From the NCBI RefSeq assembly GCF_009914755.1, contig NC_060929.1: 64,000 nt of DNA. One strand, 5' to 3'. Origin of the DNA: the human T2T-CHM13v2.0 reference genome, Homo sapiens. The notes beneath the pieces are model-generated. The model saw only the letters and a program-made list of their open reading frames with translations, ran no database searches and was not told where the DNA came from. Positions 1 through 17,690 of this stretch are shown in pieces (positions within the stretch are counted from its first letter, which is position 1; every line of letters starts with the position of its first letter). Position numbers and translations under genes: made by a program.

Positions 1-2786
<2,786 letters not shown>

Positions 2787-5700
2787 GGTGGAGGGGTTTG
2801 GAGCTGTATATTGGTAGAACAATTGGGAGGCTATCACTTGCAGTAAACTGAAAGTGACTACCAATCTGTAGTCTAGAGAAGGTGATTTTCAAGAAGAATA
2901 TTGCAGGTATAAATGGTCTTTTTAAAGTATTTCAAAAAAGTGAACTAAAGAGGGAAATGTTCAGTTTTTGAACATAATTTAGAGGAATTGTTTACAAATG
3001 AGAACTTGTTGTGTTGGAAAGCAAAACTGTTCTTCATTCCTAGACTTTCCAGTTGGCAAAAGGTTTTTAAGGTAAAAACAGGTCTCAGTGCAAGTATCAA
3101 GCACAAGGTGATGACAGTAAACCGTGATTTCAAATAGTAAAAAGTCAAGGAAGGGTACAGCTATAAGACCTCTTTTAGAGAACTGAGAAATATTTAAGAT
3201 GGTGCTTTATAAACTTCTCAGCCATGCAAAAGACTTATAGGATGTTAAGGGTATGTGTTTTATACTCTTATAATTTGATACTCAGGAAAACCACAAAGCT
3301 TTGAAAGGAATTATATTAGTTTGCACTAAAAGGAACAAAGATATTTAAAGCAAAAAAAAAAAAAAAAGATTTCTAAATCCTACAGGCCAAACATAGCCTG
3401 AGAAAACTATTCACATGCAAATGCAGGATATTATCATAGAAAATAAAGACCCCAGAGGGTGGAACAAAGAGCTGCAAAACAAAACAAAACAAAAACACTC
3501 TCAGAGAGTAGCACTGAGTTCTAATGAACACACTATTTTTGCCCCTAGAAAAATAAAGAGGGCTAGATTCCAGAATTTCAAAATTAGTGACTGTTAGGTG
3601 CCTCTCACCACCATACAGATCATTTTTAAAGAAGATATTATATTGTGGTTCATGTATCCCTATCTCACCATTATATGTCCCTATCTGAACCTCAGCATAC
3701 AATATGGGTAATAGATAACTTCAGTTCACAGATCTACAGATCAGGGATAACTGCACCAGAGGAGTCTTATCCATTATTTGAATATCATTTCAGCAATGAC
3801 ATTCTGGACTCTATGCCTGAGCCTAATGCCATAAAGGAATGAAGCTTTAGCAGTCTTCTGGGAGAGGCAAGTAAGTATATTTTATATACATACACTCCCG
3901 TGAACAGTGAAAAATGAGACAAGTTAGCCTACCATGGTTTCACTGATGCTGTTAGAAGACTTAAAACTCATGGGTCAGAGCAGAAAGATAGACTATTCTT
4001 CTTAAGAATAGAAGTATCAGAGCATTTGCATTTTTGTGCTAGTTGCACAAGTCTCACTTCTCATAGGGTGAGGTGAAGAGGGCCACATTCCACCTGCACA
4101 TGCAGCAGGTTGTGTTACAGGAGATGAAACCCAAGTCTAGGGAGCCCAAATCTTTCATCATTGGCAGGATGCTTGCTTGCCCTTGCTCTAGATACAGACA
4201 TCAATTTTATTATACTGGCCTTTTGCTCCAGATAGAGACACTATGTTTACTTCAGAGAGCATCTGTTATACAGATACTCTCATAAAGAGAGTCCAGAACA
4301 AAGTCAGCTGGTGCATCTACTTGTAGGAAGTACAGAAATGCAAGACAATCATGGGGATTATCTCCCAGCAATTACTTTCAGTTATTAGCAAAAATTTCTG
4401 TTTGTTTGTTTTAGTACTAGACATATTTCTTTTTATTTTAAAAACTTTAATCTTAATTCAGTTCAGAAAGGATCCCCTTGCCTTATCTACCACAGGCTAA
4501 AACCTTGCCTCCTCAGCTCTTGGAGTAAGGTGGCAGAGAAACCTCATCTTCTTCCGTTTCTTGGCATTTAGTTTCCACAGTAGGGACACTGTGGAGAAAT
4601 GAGGGTGGCGGACAAGTATTTGTGGTGGAGAGATTCTCTGACCTCACTCCGGTTTCAATTGGTCTCACCTTTTCTCCTAGCGTCCTATTCATATGATGCT
4701 TAAGTGCTACACAGACTTATTTTTTTTCACCTTGCCCCAGGCTCTTTGCCTCCTCCAAAGTACAGTCTTGACTCTCTTTGACAAGTCAAAGGTACAAAAT
4801 CCCCAATCCTTTCTCTAATATAAACATCTAATCACTTGACCTCTATGGCCTCTTGAGCAGCTCTGCAGCTCATCCCACACCACTGACCCCCATGGTATCC
4901 TTTCTTACACATTCCCATAACCCTAAGGGGCCCTATTTTATTCCCAGACACATTACACTATGACCCTTTGAAAACCTGAAGGTGTATCCCATTCCACCAG
5001 ACCTCCAGGCCTCAGAAATCTCTATACAAGGAGAAGCACAAATATCTATGTTCAAATTGCAGAGGGTACATGTCAAGTTCTCCTAATTTTTCTCATACCT
5101 GAATAAAAGCAACCGAAGAGAATAGTGTAACATACTCTGAGATTTCACATGTTTATTCTGAGGATACTCTCACTAAAATCTTCCCTAGCATTGGCCTGAG
5201 TTGAGATTTTAGTCTCTGCATCTCAGCAAGTCTCTAGTTGGGAAAGACAAGACACCAAGCATCTCTTTCTGCAGGAATTCCCCAGTCTCTATGAAAGATT
5301 TACTTACAGTGCCTAACTTTGTTTTGGGGAGGCAAAGCAACATTGCTCATATATATTTATCAACTGAGGGGCGGCAGTAAGACTGCTTCCAATGTCTCTT
5401 GGCAAGCCCTGCAGCACTGTAGCTAGATTCTACTCTAGGCTACTTGGAGACATCTTTCTGAACCTGCAAAGTAGGGTGCTAATGACCCTTTGTTTTCAGC
5501 TTTATCCTTTCCCTACAATTTTGAAACAGAAAGAAAAGTCACAATCAATATTTTGACTGAAAAGACAATTCACAATATAAATTACATTATGATAATCTAT
5601 TCCTATTGTGTTAATGTTGTATCATATTTTTGTTGATATTCTTATAACATACCCCAAATATTTATTGGAAAAGTGGATTACAAGAAAATTCCACCCATAA

Positions 5701-6419
5701 AACAGACATCTGTGTATATAGTATGCATACACTATTTCTGCCCTCCTAAGTTTTCTTGTTTATCTGAGCTGCTTCTGGATTGGAGGTTCACATGACAATC
5801 ATAATCACAATAGTAGACCCAAGGTGGAAAACTGAGGATGAGCTAGAATACTATGTATTCCAAGTATATTTTAGACAACTTCTAGTGATTTTTTGGTTCT
5901 CTTTAGAAGTCCTTTATTTTCCCAGGCTGCATCGATTCTCTACTCAATTTGTCACCATAATGATGTGAAGCTTTTTCAACTCTCCTCCAACCCAGCTCAA
6001 ATCCAATATTAATCACATATTGCTTCCTTCACTTATACCTCAGGATCTTTATTTTTAGTGTAAATAAGGACTACCTATGACCTTTGCTGAAATTCAGATT
6101 TACAAATCTCTGGCATATAAATTTTATTAGCTCAAGAATTTAAAAATTTTAACAGAATTTTTGCATAATTTGAATGTAAGTGATACATTGGGCCCTCTAT
6201 TTCCCCACCCATATAAGGGGTGGCATTCTTCAAAGTATTATAAATACTTTGGAAGCAGCATAATCTATTAGATGAAAGTACTGGCTTTAGAGTCAGCCAG
6301 GTGTGCATTCAGATCCTGGCTCCATTATTCATTAAAGCTTTCTTCATTTTTGAAGGAAGATAGAACTTTGTTGACAGCTAAGGGCAATAGAAGGTATAAT
6401 TGCCTTAAATATGATAAAC

Positions 6420-6635
6420 AGAGTGTGAAACACTTCTGCAAAGAGTGAGATAGTAAATATTTTCAGCTTTTCAGTAAATATTTGGGCACAACTACCCAAC
6501 TCTGCCGTGGTAGCATCAAAGCAGCCATAGAGAGTACATCAGCAAATGAGAGCAGCTGTGTTCCAATCAAAATTTATTTACAAAATCATGTGCTGAGCCA
6601 GATTTGGCCCACAAGCTATAGTTTGTTCACTTCTC
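6420..6635. mobile_element. MER58-like hAT DNA transposon
   Basis: Resembles MER58 consensus (agatagtaaatattt...ctactcaactctgc...ccaataaaactttatttacaaaa...atagtttg); ends approximate. Confidence 0.6.
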
Positions 6636-8070
6636 TAAAAGAACATGAAAATGATAAAATCACATTTATGAATGCATTGATTATAAAATATAATTCAGCT
6701 ATCATTTTGTAATCCTTTAAATAAGCTGTCTTAAATGATAGAAAATGAAAACAAGACTAGATTATGGGGTTATATTGTGGAGAGATTGAGCGCTACTGTG
6801 CCAAATTTTGTATCTCTAATTGCTACACATCTTTCCAATGATGTGGTGGCAGTTATTTTAAAAACGAGATTTGAGGTAGAGTGCATTACTTTTCTATCTG
6901 CAGTAATTGAATTATAAACCTATATTCTTTGGCATGTAGCTTTCAGTGCTTTCCTATAGTTTGTGGAACAAATTTTCCAACCCCTTGACTGTTTTTTTTT
7001 CATGTGACTTTCTTTCACCAGTGGAATATTAGCAGACGGGACATGAACAGAAGTTTATAAAGCTACTTTTGAACCTATGGTAGCACAAGAAGGATATGCT
7101 TAGACTAGTCTGCTGGTCCCACAGGAGGATATGCAACATGTGAGGCAGAGCCATGCCCAAGTGAACTCAACTGGTTCCAGAGTATGAATGAGAAGACCAG
7201 TAGAACCATCCATGCAAGACTGACTTGGACAAATGTCAGCCAATCTGAAGATCTGTTGGATAACTGATTCAGCGTTTTAAGCCACTAAGTTTTGGGATAC
7301 TTTTTAATGCAGCGTTATTTTGGTCAGAGTTAAGTGGTTAAAGAGTCAATATTCTTATACATATTACACACAGTCAGATAGACAGACCGATACACACATG
7401 TGCACACACACAGAGAATAATATAGGTCTAATGGCTTAGAATTTACACTTTAATTTCCTTCTATTACTTGACACATTCTTTATTTTTCAGTTTCCATTGC
7501 TGGTTTCAGGAAATGATGCTAGAGAGGTAGGCCAGAACCAAATAAAATAGGATGTGCCAAGAAAGACAGAACACAAGTAGACATAAGAAGCCACTGAAGG
7601 ATTTTAACCAACATCTCATATTTATACTGTAGTTTAAAATTGTCATATTGTCAACCAGGTATGCATAAGTAGAGTTTTATTTTTCATAAAAGAATTATTT
7701 GTACATACAGCTTCATATCTGCTAATGGAGAAAATAACTTAAACTTGGCCCTGCCAGGCAACCCATTTTCTTCCAGTTTAAAACTTAGTCTTTTTCAGGT
7801 TAGCTAGGCCAATTCCAGGTGCTCGTCCTACCTTCTTTCTCCCATTTCTACACCACCCTTCTTTTTTGTCTCTCCCTGGGAGATATCTGAGCTTAAGGAA
7901 AAATTCGTTAAGAGTGGGGATCGGAGAGACCTCTGTTCCACTAGTTGCCTTCTGGACATTTTCTGGTCTCCACTGTTGATGTATCCATCCCTTCTGGCCT
8001 TTGGGTGCACTGAGGCATCTTGCTATTGTCTATGGTTATGCCATAGCTCCTAGTCAAAAGGCTCACATTC

Positions 8071-8353
8071 TTTTTTATTATTATTTTTTTTTTGACAGAG
8101 TCTTGCTCTGTCACCTAGGCTAGAGTGCAGTGGCGTGATCTCAGCTTACTGCAACCTCCGCCTCCAGGGTTCAAGTGACCCCAGCCTCCCAAGTAGCTGG
8201 GATTACAGGTGCCCGCCACTGTGCCCAGCTAATTTTTAGAAACGGGGTTTTACCATCTTAGCTAGGCTAGTCTCGAACTCTTGACCTTGTGATCCACCAG
8301 CCTCGGCCTCCCAAAGTGGTAGGATTACAGGCGTAAGCCACTGCGCCCGGTCA
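8071..8353 (-). mobile_element. Alu (AluS-like)
   Basis: Poly-T followed by reverse-complement Alu body; imperfect flanking duplication aaggctcacattct / aaggcccatgttct. Confidence 0.95.
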
Positions 8354-8639
8354 AGGCCCATGTTCTTAATACTTTCCTAGTCTCACTCCCATGTGTCTTC
8401 GGATCTGCTTTATCACATTTACATGCCCTTGGCAAATAGGAACTTATGAATGTTTCCCATTCACATGTATGCTGTAGGGAACTAGAATCAAGGGTTATCT
8501 TGAGCCCATTCTTTCTGCTTAAATACGTTGCATACATACAGGTGTTCTTTGAGATGGTACTTCCCTAAAGGTCGAAAGTAAAGGGAAATACAAACCCACT
8601 TTCAGCTGGGTTTGAAAGGTAAGAAGAAGACAGAATCTA

Positions 8640-8800
8640 AGGTAATGCCTCTCAAACTTTAACAAGTTATGAATCATTTAGCAATCTCTTTAAAATGGAG
8701 ACTTTTATTTAGTAGGTCTGTTTTGGGGCCCAGAATTCTGCATTTTGAACAAGTTTCCAGGTAGTGCTAATACTTCTAGTCCATGGACCACACAATGAGA
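8640..8800. mobile_element. MER5A-like DNA transposon fragment
   Basis: ggggcccagaattctgcattttgaacaagtttccagg...ccatggaccacac resembles MER5A. Confidence 0.55.
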
Positions 8801-9545
8801 AAAAAGGATCTCAAATTCTAAAGCACCTGAAGACTAACTGGAAAGCAGAGTTAATGTAGAAGAAAGGGCTTAGGATAGCTTACCACCCTCTCAATTGGCC
8901 TTGCCAACTCTTTAGAACTGTTTGACTTCCCTCCTCAGAAATCCTGAAACCCACCAAATTTACTTTCAAAGTTCACATTCATCACTCTGTATTGCAGCTG
9001 CTTTCTGTTACCCTAATTAAAACAGTTTTCTGTGCCTAATTCTTTTGGTACTGCTTTTGCCTAATCCAGCTGAGCACAGAAGATTCTCAATAAACGTATG
9101 AAGAATAGTCTGTACTCTCAAATTAAAAGCTATGGAAAATATTCCAGTATCTTTATCGAATATCTTCATAAGTTTAAACACAACAACAACAACAAAACTT
9201 CATCAACTAGTTTACTTGTACTGATAATGTAGAGTGAACAACCTAATCACCCACTTTCTGGTTATTAAATTTAAAAAAAAAAAGAAAGAAATGTATATGA
9301 ACTTTGGAAAACTGAAGATATTATTGAGATTTCCCTTTCCCTCTCTTTTCTTCTCCATCCCCATCCTGTACTTCTTGCCCTATAATATCCATTGACTAAG
9401 TGTTGGAGCTCTAAAACTAAAATATTATAATCAATCTAAGATTGAATTTTGCTATATAAGATTGTAATTCATCTCACGTTTACATACTATTCCTCTTAAA
9501 TGATTAATAATATAAAGTAATATACATATAATGTGTATTATATAT

Positions 9546-9890
9546 TGTATTCATCTGATTTACACTGCTGATAAAGACATACCCTAGACTGGGAGGAAAA
9601 AGAGTTTTAATGGACTTATAGTTCCAGATGGCTGGGGAGGCCTCACAATCATGTTGGGAGGCAAGGAGGAGCAAGTCATGTCTTACATGGATGGTGGCAG
9701 GCAAAAAGAGAGTTTACGCAGGGAAACTCCCCTTTTTAAAACCATCAGATCTCAAGAGACTTATTCACTCTTATGGGAAGAGCATGGCAAAGAAGTGCCC
9801 CCATGATTTAATTACCTCCTACCAGGTCCTTCCCACAACATGTGGGGATTCATGATGAGATTTTGATGGGGACACAGCCAAACCATATCA
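9546..9890 (-). mobile_element. THE1 (MaLR) solo LTR
   Basis: tgtatt...gacacagccaaaccatatca termini; 5-bp TSD TATAT at 9541-9545 and 9891-9895. Confidence 0.92.
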
Positions 9891-12800
9891 TATATTATGG
9901 AAAATTTTCTAAGATAATGCTTCTAGAAGTCTTTTTCAAAATATAAAAATAATTATTATAGTATAATCTGTACAACATTCAAACAACCAGTTGGTGAGGT
10001 TGTAAATCAAATGAGAGAGGAGGAACTGATCCGGGTAGCAGGAACACATTTCCAAGTAAAATTTGCAACAGAGCATGTTGAGATCATGGTTTTAATTTAT
10101 GAATGGCATTATTATCTTTAAACTATTATTTTCCAAGCTCATATATGGCCTTTTTGAAGGTTTTCTGAATGTTACATTTGATTTTAAGATCTAATCCAAA
10201 ATGAAATATAGAATGTGCTTTGTTTTCTATAAAAATGCCAATGACTATCTCTTAAATTAGTCAAGGAAAGACAAATTACCAAAATTCAAACTTATTTGAA
10301 TTATTTTTAAGTGATTCCAGGCAATAAATACATAGAACCCATGGAAAGTTTTAGCTTCAAATCACAAAATTGCAAAAAAAAAAAATTGTAAATGGCTAAA
10401 CATAAGGGGGGTTATGGAAAATATTTGGTCACCTTAATTATAGGTTTAAATGCCACAAACAATATAATAATAGTTTTAACTTACTTTTTTTGATTACTAA
10501 GCAACTAAACCAACTTTACAAATGTTAAATTCAATAAACTCAATATCTCTTTAAAGCAGGATTTCTTTCTCTCCCTGGGCATCATTTGCTGATAGATAAA
10601 AACAGAGTAATAAATAAGTGGCTTCCTGAAGGCAGGTAAGGCAACCTCCATGCCAGACCAGTTCTCAATACAGTGACCAAAATTCCCCCCATTTTCTTGC
10701 TTTTACTCTCTATAACTGTTAATTATAATAAACCATATGGAAATGTTTTCCTTAAATGATATTCTTGCTCTATTGTATTTTCATTAATATTTTTACTTTA
10801 TTTCATTTATTAATATGAGGATGAAACAGTTTGGCATCTCTTTTTCCACCACTCAGTGTTATTTTCAACAGATTGTTTTCTATTATTTGACAGTTTTCTG
10901 GAAACCACCTACTCATTCATGTTCGATGTGGTCAGACCACTGTGGTGAACTGAAGACTGAAGACCACCATTACTATTTGTTTAATGTTTACATTTTGTTT
11001 AATAGGGGCTTCCTATTTGAGACTACTTTGGGAAATGCATCTCAGATAATTATGGCAGGAAAACAGTGGACAAAAGTATAAATGATGCAACCCTAGACTG
11101 GAATTCTCAATCTTGTCTTCCAGTGAAGAAATATGTTTTTACTACATTTATGTCTTTCTGTGCACTATTTCTTAAGTATAGAAATATTTTGTAAGGTAGA
11201 CAAGAGAATTTATGTGTTTAGTCCTTACAGATTTTATTTTTATTGATTTCACAAGTTGTGACAATATTTTGCCTGAAAGCTCAGTTATATTATTCTTAGA
11301 TTTCATTTGTTGGCAGCCACTATTAGTTTATTTATTTAAAAACTATTTTACGTAGAAAAAGGTGCTGTGGCTGTATCCTGAAACCTTAGATGTTTCTCCC
11401 ATTAGACTTATCTATTTTGTTTGTGACATGATAGCTTAGCAGGGCACAGTAGACCATTAGGAAAATAAGCAAATTCTTATCTGGTAGTCATTAGCTAGAA
11501 TCACTCATTCTCATTTCTCTCTTGCCTGAAAGTTGGTTCTTTTCTCATCCTGGAAAATATTTTGATAGAGAAGTAAGTGCTGGTGAAAAGTGAATATGTG
11601 GCAGATGGACTGGAACGGAGAAGGGACTAAAACTACATTTGTCTATGTAATCATTGAGGGGGTTAACAAAGACAAATCAGTGACTAGCTGCTGGCATTAT
11701 CATATTTCAGGGCTTAAGTTTTGATGTAGAAATAGCAAACTATGAAACACGTTCATCGTCAATCTCTTCTGCTTTTTTGAAGGGACTTCTAAGCTCTGTC
11801 AGCTAATAGCTTTAGATAACAGAGTTTTAATACACCGTATTGATAACAACTATTATTGTTATCAATCACGAGGACCTTCTATTCCTTTATCAATATCAAG
11901 GACCTTTTATTCCTTTTACTAAAAATGTCCTAAACATTCATCATTGCTGACGTTAAGTATCTTCTGAGTGACAAAACCGGCAGAGGAGGGGTTTACAGTA
12001 GTTTCTGTTTAGTCCTGTGAATTAGAAAAATTAAGAATAACATGTTCTTTTTATAAAGTCAATATCACTGAAATTAAATTAAATTACAGAAAACTTAAAA
12101 CTTAAGAAAACTTAACAAGTACTTGCTACTTACAAAAGTAATTTAAGTATTACTTGTCAAGCTTTAATAATGAGCAGATTCCTTTTAAAGGGAAAAAATG
12201 CTCTCACAGACCAGTGAATAAGAGATTCATGAATCCAAATTTGAGAGTCCTCAATTTAAGAAAATATCTTTCAGGTGTAAATTATCAAAGAGAAAGAAAA
12301 TATTTTGGCTTTAAATATAACAAAACAAAGTTTTTAAAGATTAATTTCAAAACAAAACCAGAGAAAAGTCCTATGGATCTTGTAGATCCCTAAATAAGGG
12401 CTCTAACCTGAATTTCTGGATAAAAACCTAGCAAGATACTTGGGAGCATATGACTTATTTAATAAATTGCTGAAAGAATTTATACATTTTCTAAAATTGC
12501 CTAATTTAAAGTTGGTAATGTCACAAAGCCTGTGAGTGAATATGACTCAATCTGCATTTCGGAGAACTCAGTAATATACATAATTTGTAATAACATATTT
12601 ATGTAGTAATTATGACATGTTCCAGCATCATCATTTTGACAGAGATCAGTGGGAGAAAATAATTAGATTATATTGTCAGTGTAGAGGAAATGGTCACTGA
12701 ACCACAGCCAAGTTTTATCGGGGCAAAGTATCATAAGATATGGGCCCAAATGATTACTTTTTATGGAAAGATTAATAAGTGTGGATATTGGCCATGGGAG

Positions 12801-13904
12801 GAGAGTCAGTGACTCTTTAGTTTAATAACAAAGTAATGAGGAATTCGTCATCTGAATTCTTGCTGAGCTAGTTACTTAAATGCACCCATGGGAATGAAAT
12901 GAGGTAATGGTGAAAGCCTTTTGAAATCCCCCAAATTGTCCTCATTTAGAAGAAAAAGTCCAGAGACCCTAATTTCAATTAACTATTTTCTAAAATACTG
13001 AGGGAAGAAGGTGTGGTTTGTTATATGGAGGTTTTTATTTTTCTCTAGCAAGTCTCAGTTTTCTGAGAGCCCCAAATTAAAAAAGAAATTCCAAGTTTAG
13101 TGTAAGAGGCAGTGAGGAGAGAAGCAAACGGATATTTAGCTACCTCCTTCCCTCATAATTCTATGTACAAACCAGAACCAAATGCTATTACCGCCACATT
13201 AAAGAAAAGAGGAAGAGTGGTTGGCCATGCTAACAGAGCTTCTATCAGACATTAACCCTGTGTGTGGTGGTTCCAGAAGCCAGTTCTCTAATTCTTGACA
13301 ATTTTTTCATAAGCACTGACTAAGGAACACAGAAGGGGCCAGATATTGTGATATCACTGTAAATCCATCACTCGGTTTATTTAAACATATCTCAATTCTA
13401 TGTAGACAGAAAGTACAAACATATTTGCAACCTGTTTATTAGTCATCATATTTGATATATTTTATGGAATGCCCTTGGTATACCAGGTGCTATGCTAAAA
13501 GGCTTATATATCTCATCTTAATTAAACCTTACACTAATGCTAGGAGCAGGTATACAGCCAAATATGTGCGATATAGTACATGAAAGATACAAGATTTGAA
13601 ACCCATCTGTTTCTTATTCCTACATTCTAAGCCACTTCATTATTCTACTCTTCCATTGTTTTTGCTTCTATATAGCCATTTAAGACTAGGTGATATATTC
13701 CAAAGGAGTTTGTTGACTCATAGGTTCATTTAGATTATAGGTTTTAAATCTAGATGGTAATTCACACATTTGGGATTTCAAGTCCAGTCGCAACTGGTCC
13801 GCTTCAGTTGTTTATTTTTAAAAATCCAGCAAATATGATTTTTCCTTTTCCTGTGCTATGAATAATCATGTGGACAGTTTCCACACGAATAAGAACTCAT
13901 TGTA

Positions 13905-14333
<429 letters not shown>

Positions 14334-16339
14334 GACACATTTATTTTGCTACTTAATCAGCCATAACCTAGATGTCATATCATTGCAGTTCAGTGTAAGG
14401 CTGGAGAGGTAGATTTTGGCCACACACATAAACACACACACGTGTATACACATACATGTATAAATGCACACATTCATCAGACCAGTGGGAATCTGGGTCA
14501 CGGTATTTCATGGGCAAAAGGTTTGGAAAGATTTGATTAATAAAGTAGGTAATGACATTAGACTACAAAAATTATTCTGGAAATCAATGATCTCAATGTA
14601 TTCTTGATTCCTCCAACTATCTGTTGTATCAAATTCCAGTTTGAGCATCATATTTTAAGACTATTGCAAGATGATGGGGACCTAAAATTAGTACTAATAT
14701 TAAGATGGTGAAAAACTGAAGGTGAGTTTAAGAAAATGAAAAAGATGCTTAGTTAAATGACAATTTTCAACAAGTATTTAAAAGGTTGTTATGTAGAAGC
14801 AGGAAAGAACTTAGCTCTATGTGGTTCTTAAGAGCAGAACTAGGACCAATGGCTAAAAGCTACAGGGAAGCTTTTAGACATCAAGTTCAACTCAGGAAAA
14901 ACTTTCTAGCAATTAATACTTTTCAATAGTTAAACAGGTGAACCTAAATTCTCACAGAATGGGAAAAAATGAAAAGTACCCTAGAACTCTTTTAGTCTTG
15001 TTTCTTAATTTTATGGATGAGGAAATTGGGGTTTGGCAATAAGTGATTTGATGAAGGTGATGAAAACTAACTGTGGATCCAGAGTTATAACTCTTTCTCT
15101 CTTGTTGTACAAACTAATGTTTTGGGATTTTTTCCTTTTTTTAATACTCCATGCCATCTCCAAAGCAGTGAACTTGTCGTTGTTTTTCATTTATTCATAA
15201 AATGTTTAATAACTAATCACATGCAGTCCAGTAGGGGCTTTGTAAAAACATGATAACTTTGAGCAGATTTTGTTGAAGGAGACTTACTCAATTTTTCAAT
15301 TAGAGATGACTAACACAGAAACTGGCATGTAGCTATTGTTAAATCAATTGAACAAGACTGAATAAAATGGAGGATTATTCCGTACACTCCCCAAATCCTT
15401 CTGACTCTCAGCCTAATAGCATATGAACTAGAAAACAGAATTGGTTCAGAAACAGAGGTCTAAGAGTGAGACTATGGTATAGGCAGGGTCAGTAGAAGAG
15501 AAATGAGGGGAAAGAGAAGGACTCTAGAGAAAGCAGGAGGAGTAAAAAGCAAAATCATAACAGAGTCAGAGTTATGGGATCTGCTTTGGAAATCAAAACT
15601 TACATTAAGGAAGGTTTAAAGATAGGCATGCTGGAAAGTAGGGGGTTAACAATAGATTTCTTTCTAAGTCACATGCAAAGTAATTTTTTAAAATATTGTA
15701 GTGAAAAGGTAACAAAAAATAATTTAACACTCCCATTCCTAAGCTATTATTTGGGGATAAGACGAATTCTAGTCCTTAAAGCATCTTCTATGATGCTCTT
15801 TTTCATCTTATATTAAATCTTTTCTGGAGGAAATGTTCATTAGTTCAAATAAAGCTATTGTTCCTGGTTAAAAGAGTAATGCCAACTCGGAGTGGTTTTG
15901 TGGGTTTATTCTCCACTTGAGAATAGAGGCTTCAACTTCGTTAGCAAACCATATTGTTTTAAATTAAATTTTCAAATAAATATACTTGGGTGTGAATTCA
16001 ACTGAAAATATTTTGCAAAACTAAAAAAAAATTCCCAAACTCTAAAAACATTCCAGTGGTTTTGAAAAACTGAAACATGTTGAGGTTTAGTTATTGCCAA
16101 GGATTTTAAAATAATGATTTCTAACCACACCGGCCCCACAAAACCTAGCTGCTGTTCAAGGCAACTTTCCCTCCCATACATATGTTAACAGTGACATCTT
16201 GTGGTCAGTTTTTACTTAAAAAATATACAGGCAAAGTACAGAAATACATACTTTCATCATTACAAAAATATCCAATTTCTCCTTGCTCTTCCAAATATTT
16301 CTATGGTACTTATCCATTATACAAATACTCTTTTATATT

Positions 16340-17690
16340 TTTAATTTTTTTAGGTACATACTAGATGTATATGTTTATGGGGTACATGAGATATTTTGGT
16401 AAAAGCATGCAATGCATAATAATCACATTGTGGAAAATTGGTGGATAGCCATCCCCTGAAGCATTTATCTTTTGTGTACAGACAATCCAATTATATTCTT
16501 TTAGTTGTTTTAAAATGTACAATTTAATTATTACTGACCATAGTCCTCCTGTTGTGCTATCAAATACTAGGTCTTATTCATTGTTTCTATTTTTTTGTAC
16601 TCATTAAACATCCTCACCTCCTCCCATTCCCCCACTATGCTTCCTAGCCTCTGGTAACCATCCTTCCATTCTCTGTCTCTGTGAGTTCAATTGTTTTGAT
16701 TTTTAAATCCTATGAATGAGTGAGAACACACAATGTTTGTCTTTCTGTGCCTGGTTTATTTCACTTAAATAATGACCTCCAGTTTCATCCATGTTATTGC
16801 AAATAATCAAATCTAGTTCTTTTTTTATGACTGTACATATGTACCACATTTTCTTTATCCATGTATCTGTTGGTGGACACTTAGGTTGCTCCAAATCTTG
16901 GCTATTGTGAACAATACTGCAACAAACATGGGAGTGCAGATATCTCTTCGATATGCTGATTTCCTTTCTTTTGGGTGTATACTCAGCAGTAGGATGGCTG
17001 AATTGGATAGTAGCCCTATTTTTGGTTTTTTGAGGAAACTCCAAACTGTTCTCCATAGGGGTTGTACTAACTTACATTCCTACCAACAGTGTACAAGCGT
17101 TCCCTTTTCTCCACGTCCTTGTCAACATTTGTTATTATTGCCTGTCTTTTGGATAAATGCCATTTTAACTGGGGTCAGATGATATCTCATTGTAGTTTTG
17201 ATTTACATTTCACTGACAATCAGTGATGTTGAGCAAATTTTTATATGCTTTTCTGACATTCGTATATCTTCTTTTGAGAAATGTCTATTCAAATCCTTTG
17301 TCCATTTTTAATCGATTGCTAGATTTTTTTTCCTGTAGAGTTGTTTGAGCTCCTTATATATACACTGGTTACTAACCCCTTGTTGGTTGAGGAGTTTGCA
17401 AATATTTTTTCCAGTTCTGTGAGTTGCCTCTATGTTTTACTGATAGTTTCCTTTGCTGTGCAGAAACTTTTTAACTTGATGTGATCCCATTTGTCCATTT
17501 TGACTTTGGTTGCCTGTGCTTGTGGGGCAAGAAATTTTTTCCCAGATGAATATTCTACAATGTTTACTCATAGTCATTTCATAGTGAGAGGTCTTAGATT
17601 GAAGTGTTTAATCCATCTGATTTGATGTTTGTGTATGGTGAGAGATAGGGGTCTAGTTTCATTCTTCTGCATGTGGATCTGCCCTACAGG
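16340..17690 (-). mobile_element. L1MA-type LINE-1 3' end
   Basis: Minus-strand ORFs with ORF2 C-terminal similarity (QPKCPPTDTWIKKMWYI; SEINQAQKDKHCVFSLI) and an L1MA-type 3'UTR. Confidence 0.88.

Noticed and set aside
2787-4370. Possible MaLR-internal and ERVL LTR remnants
   Set aside because: Too degraded to assign family or boundaries without a profile search.
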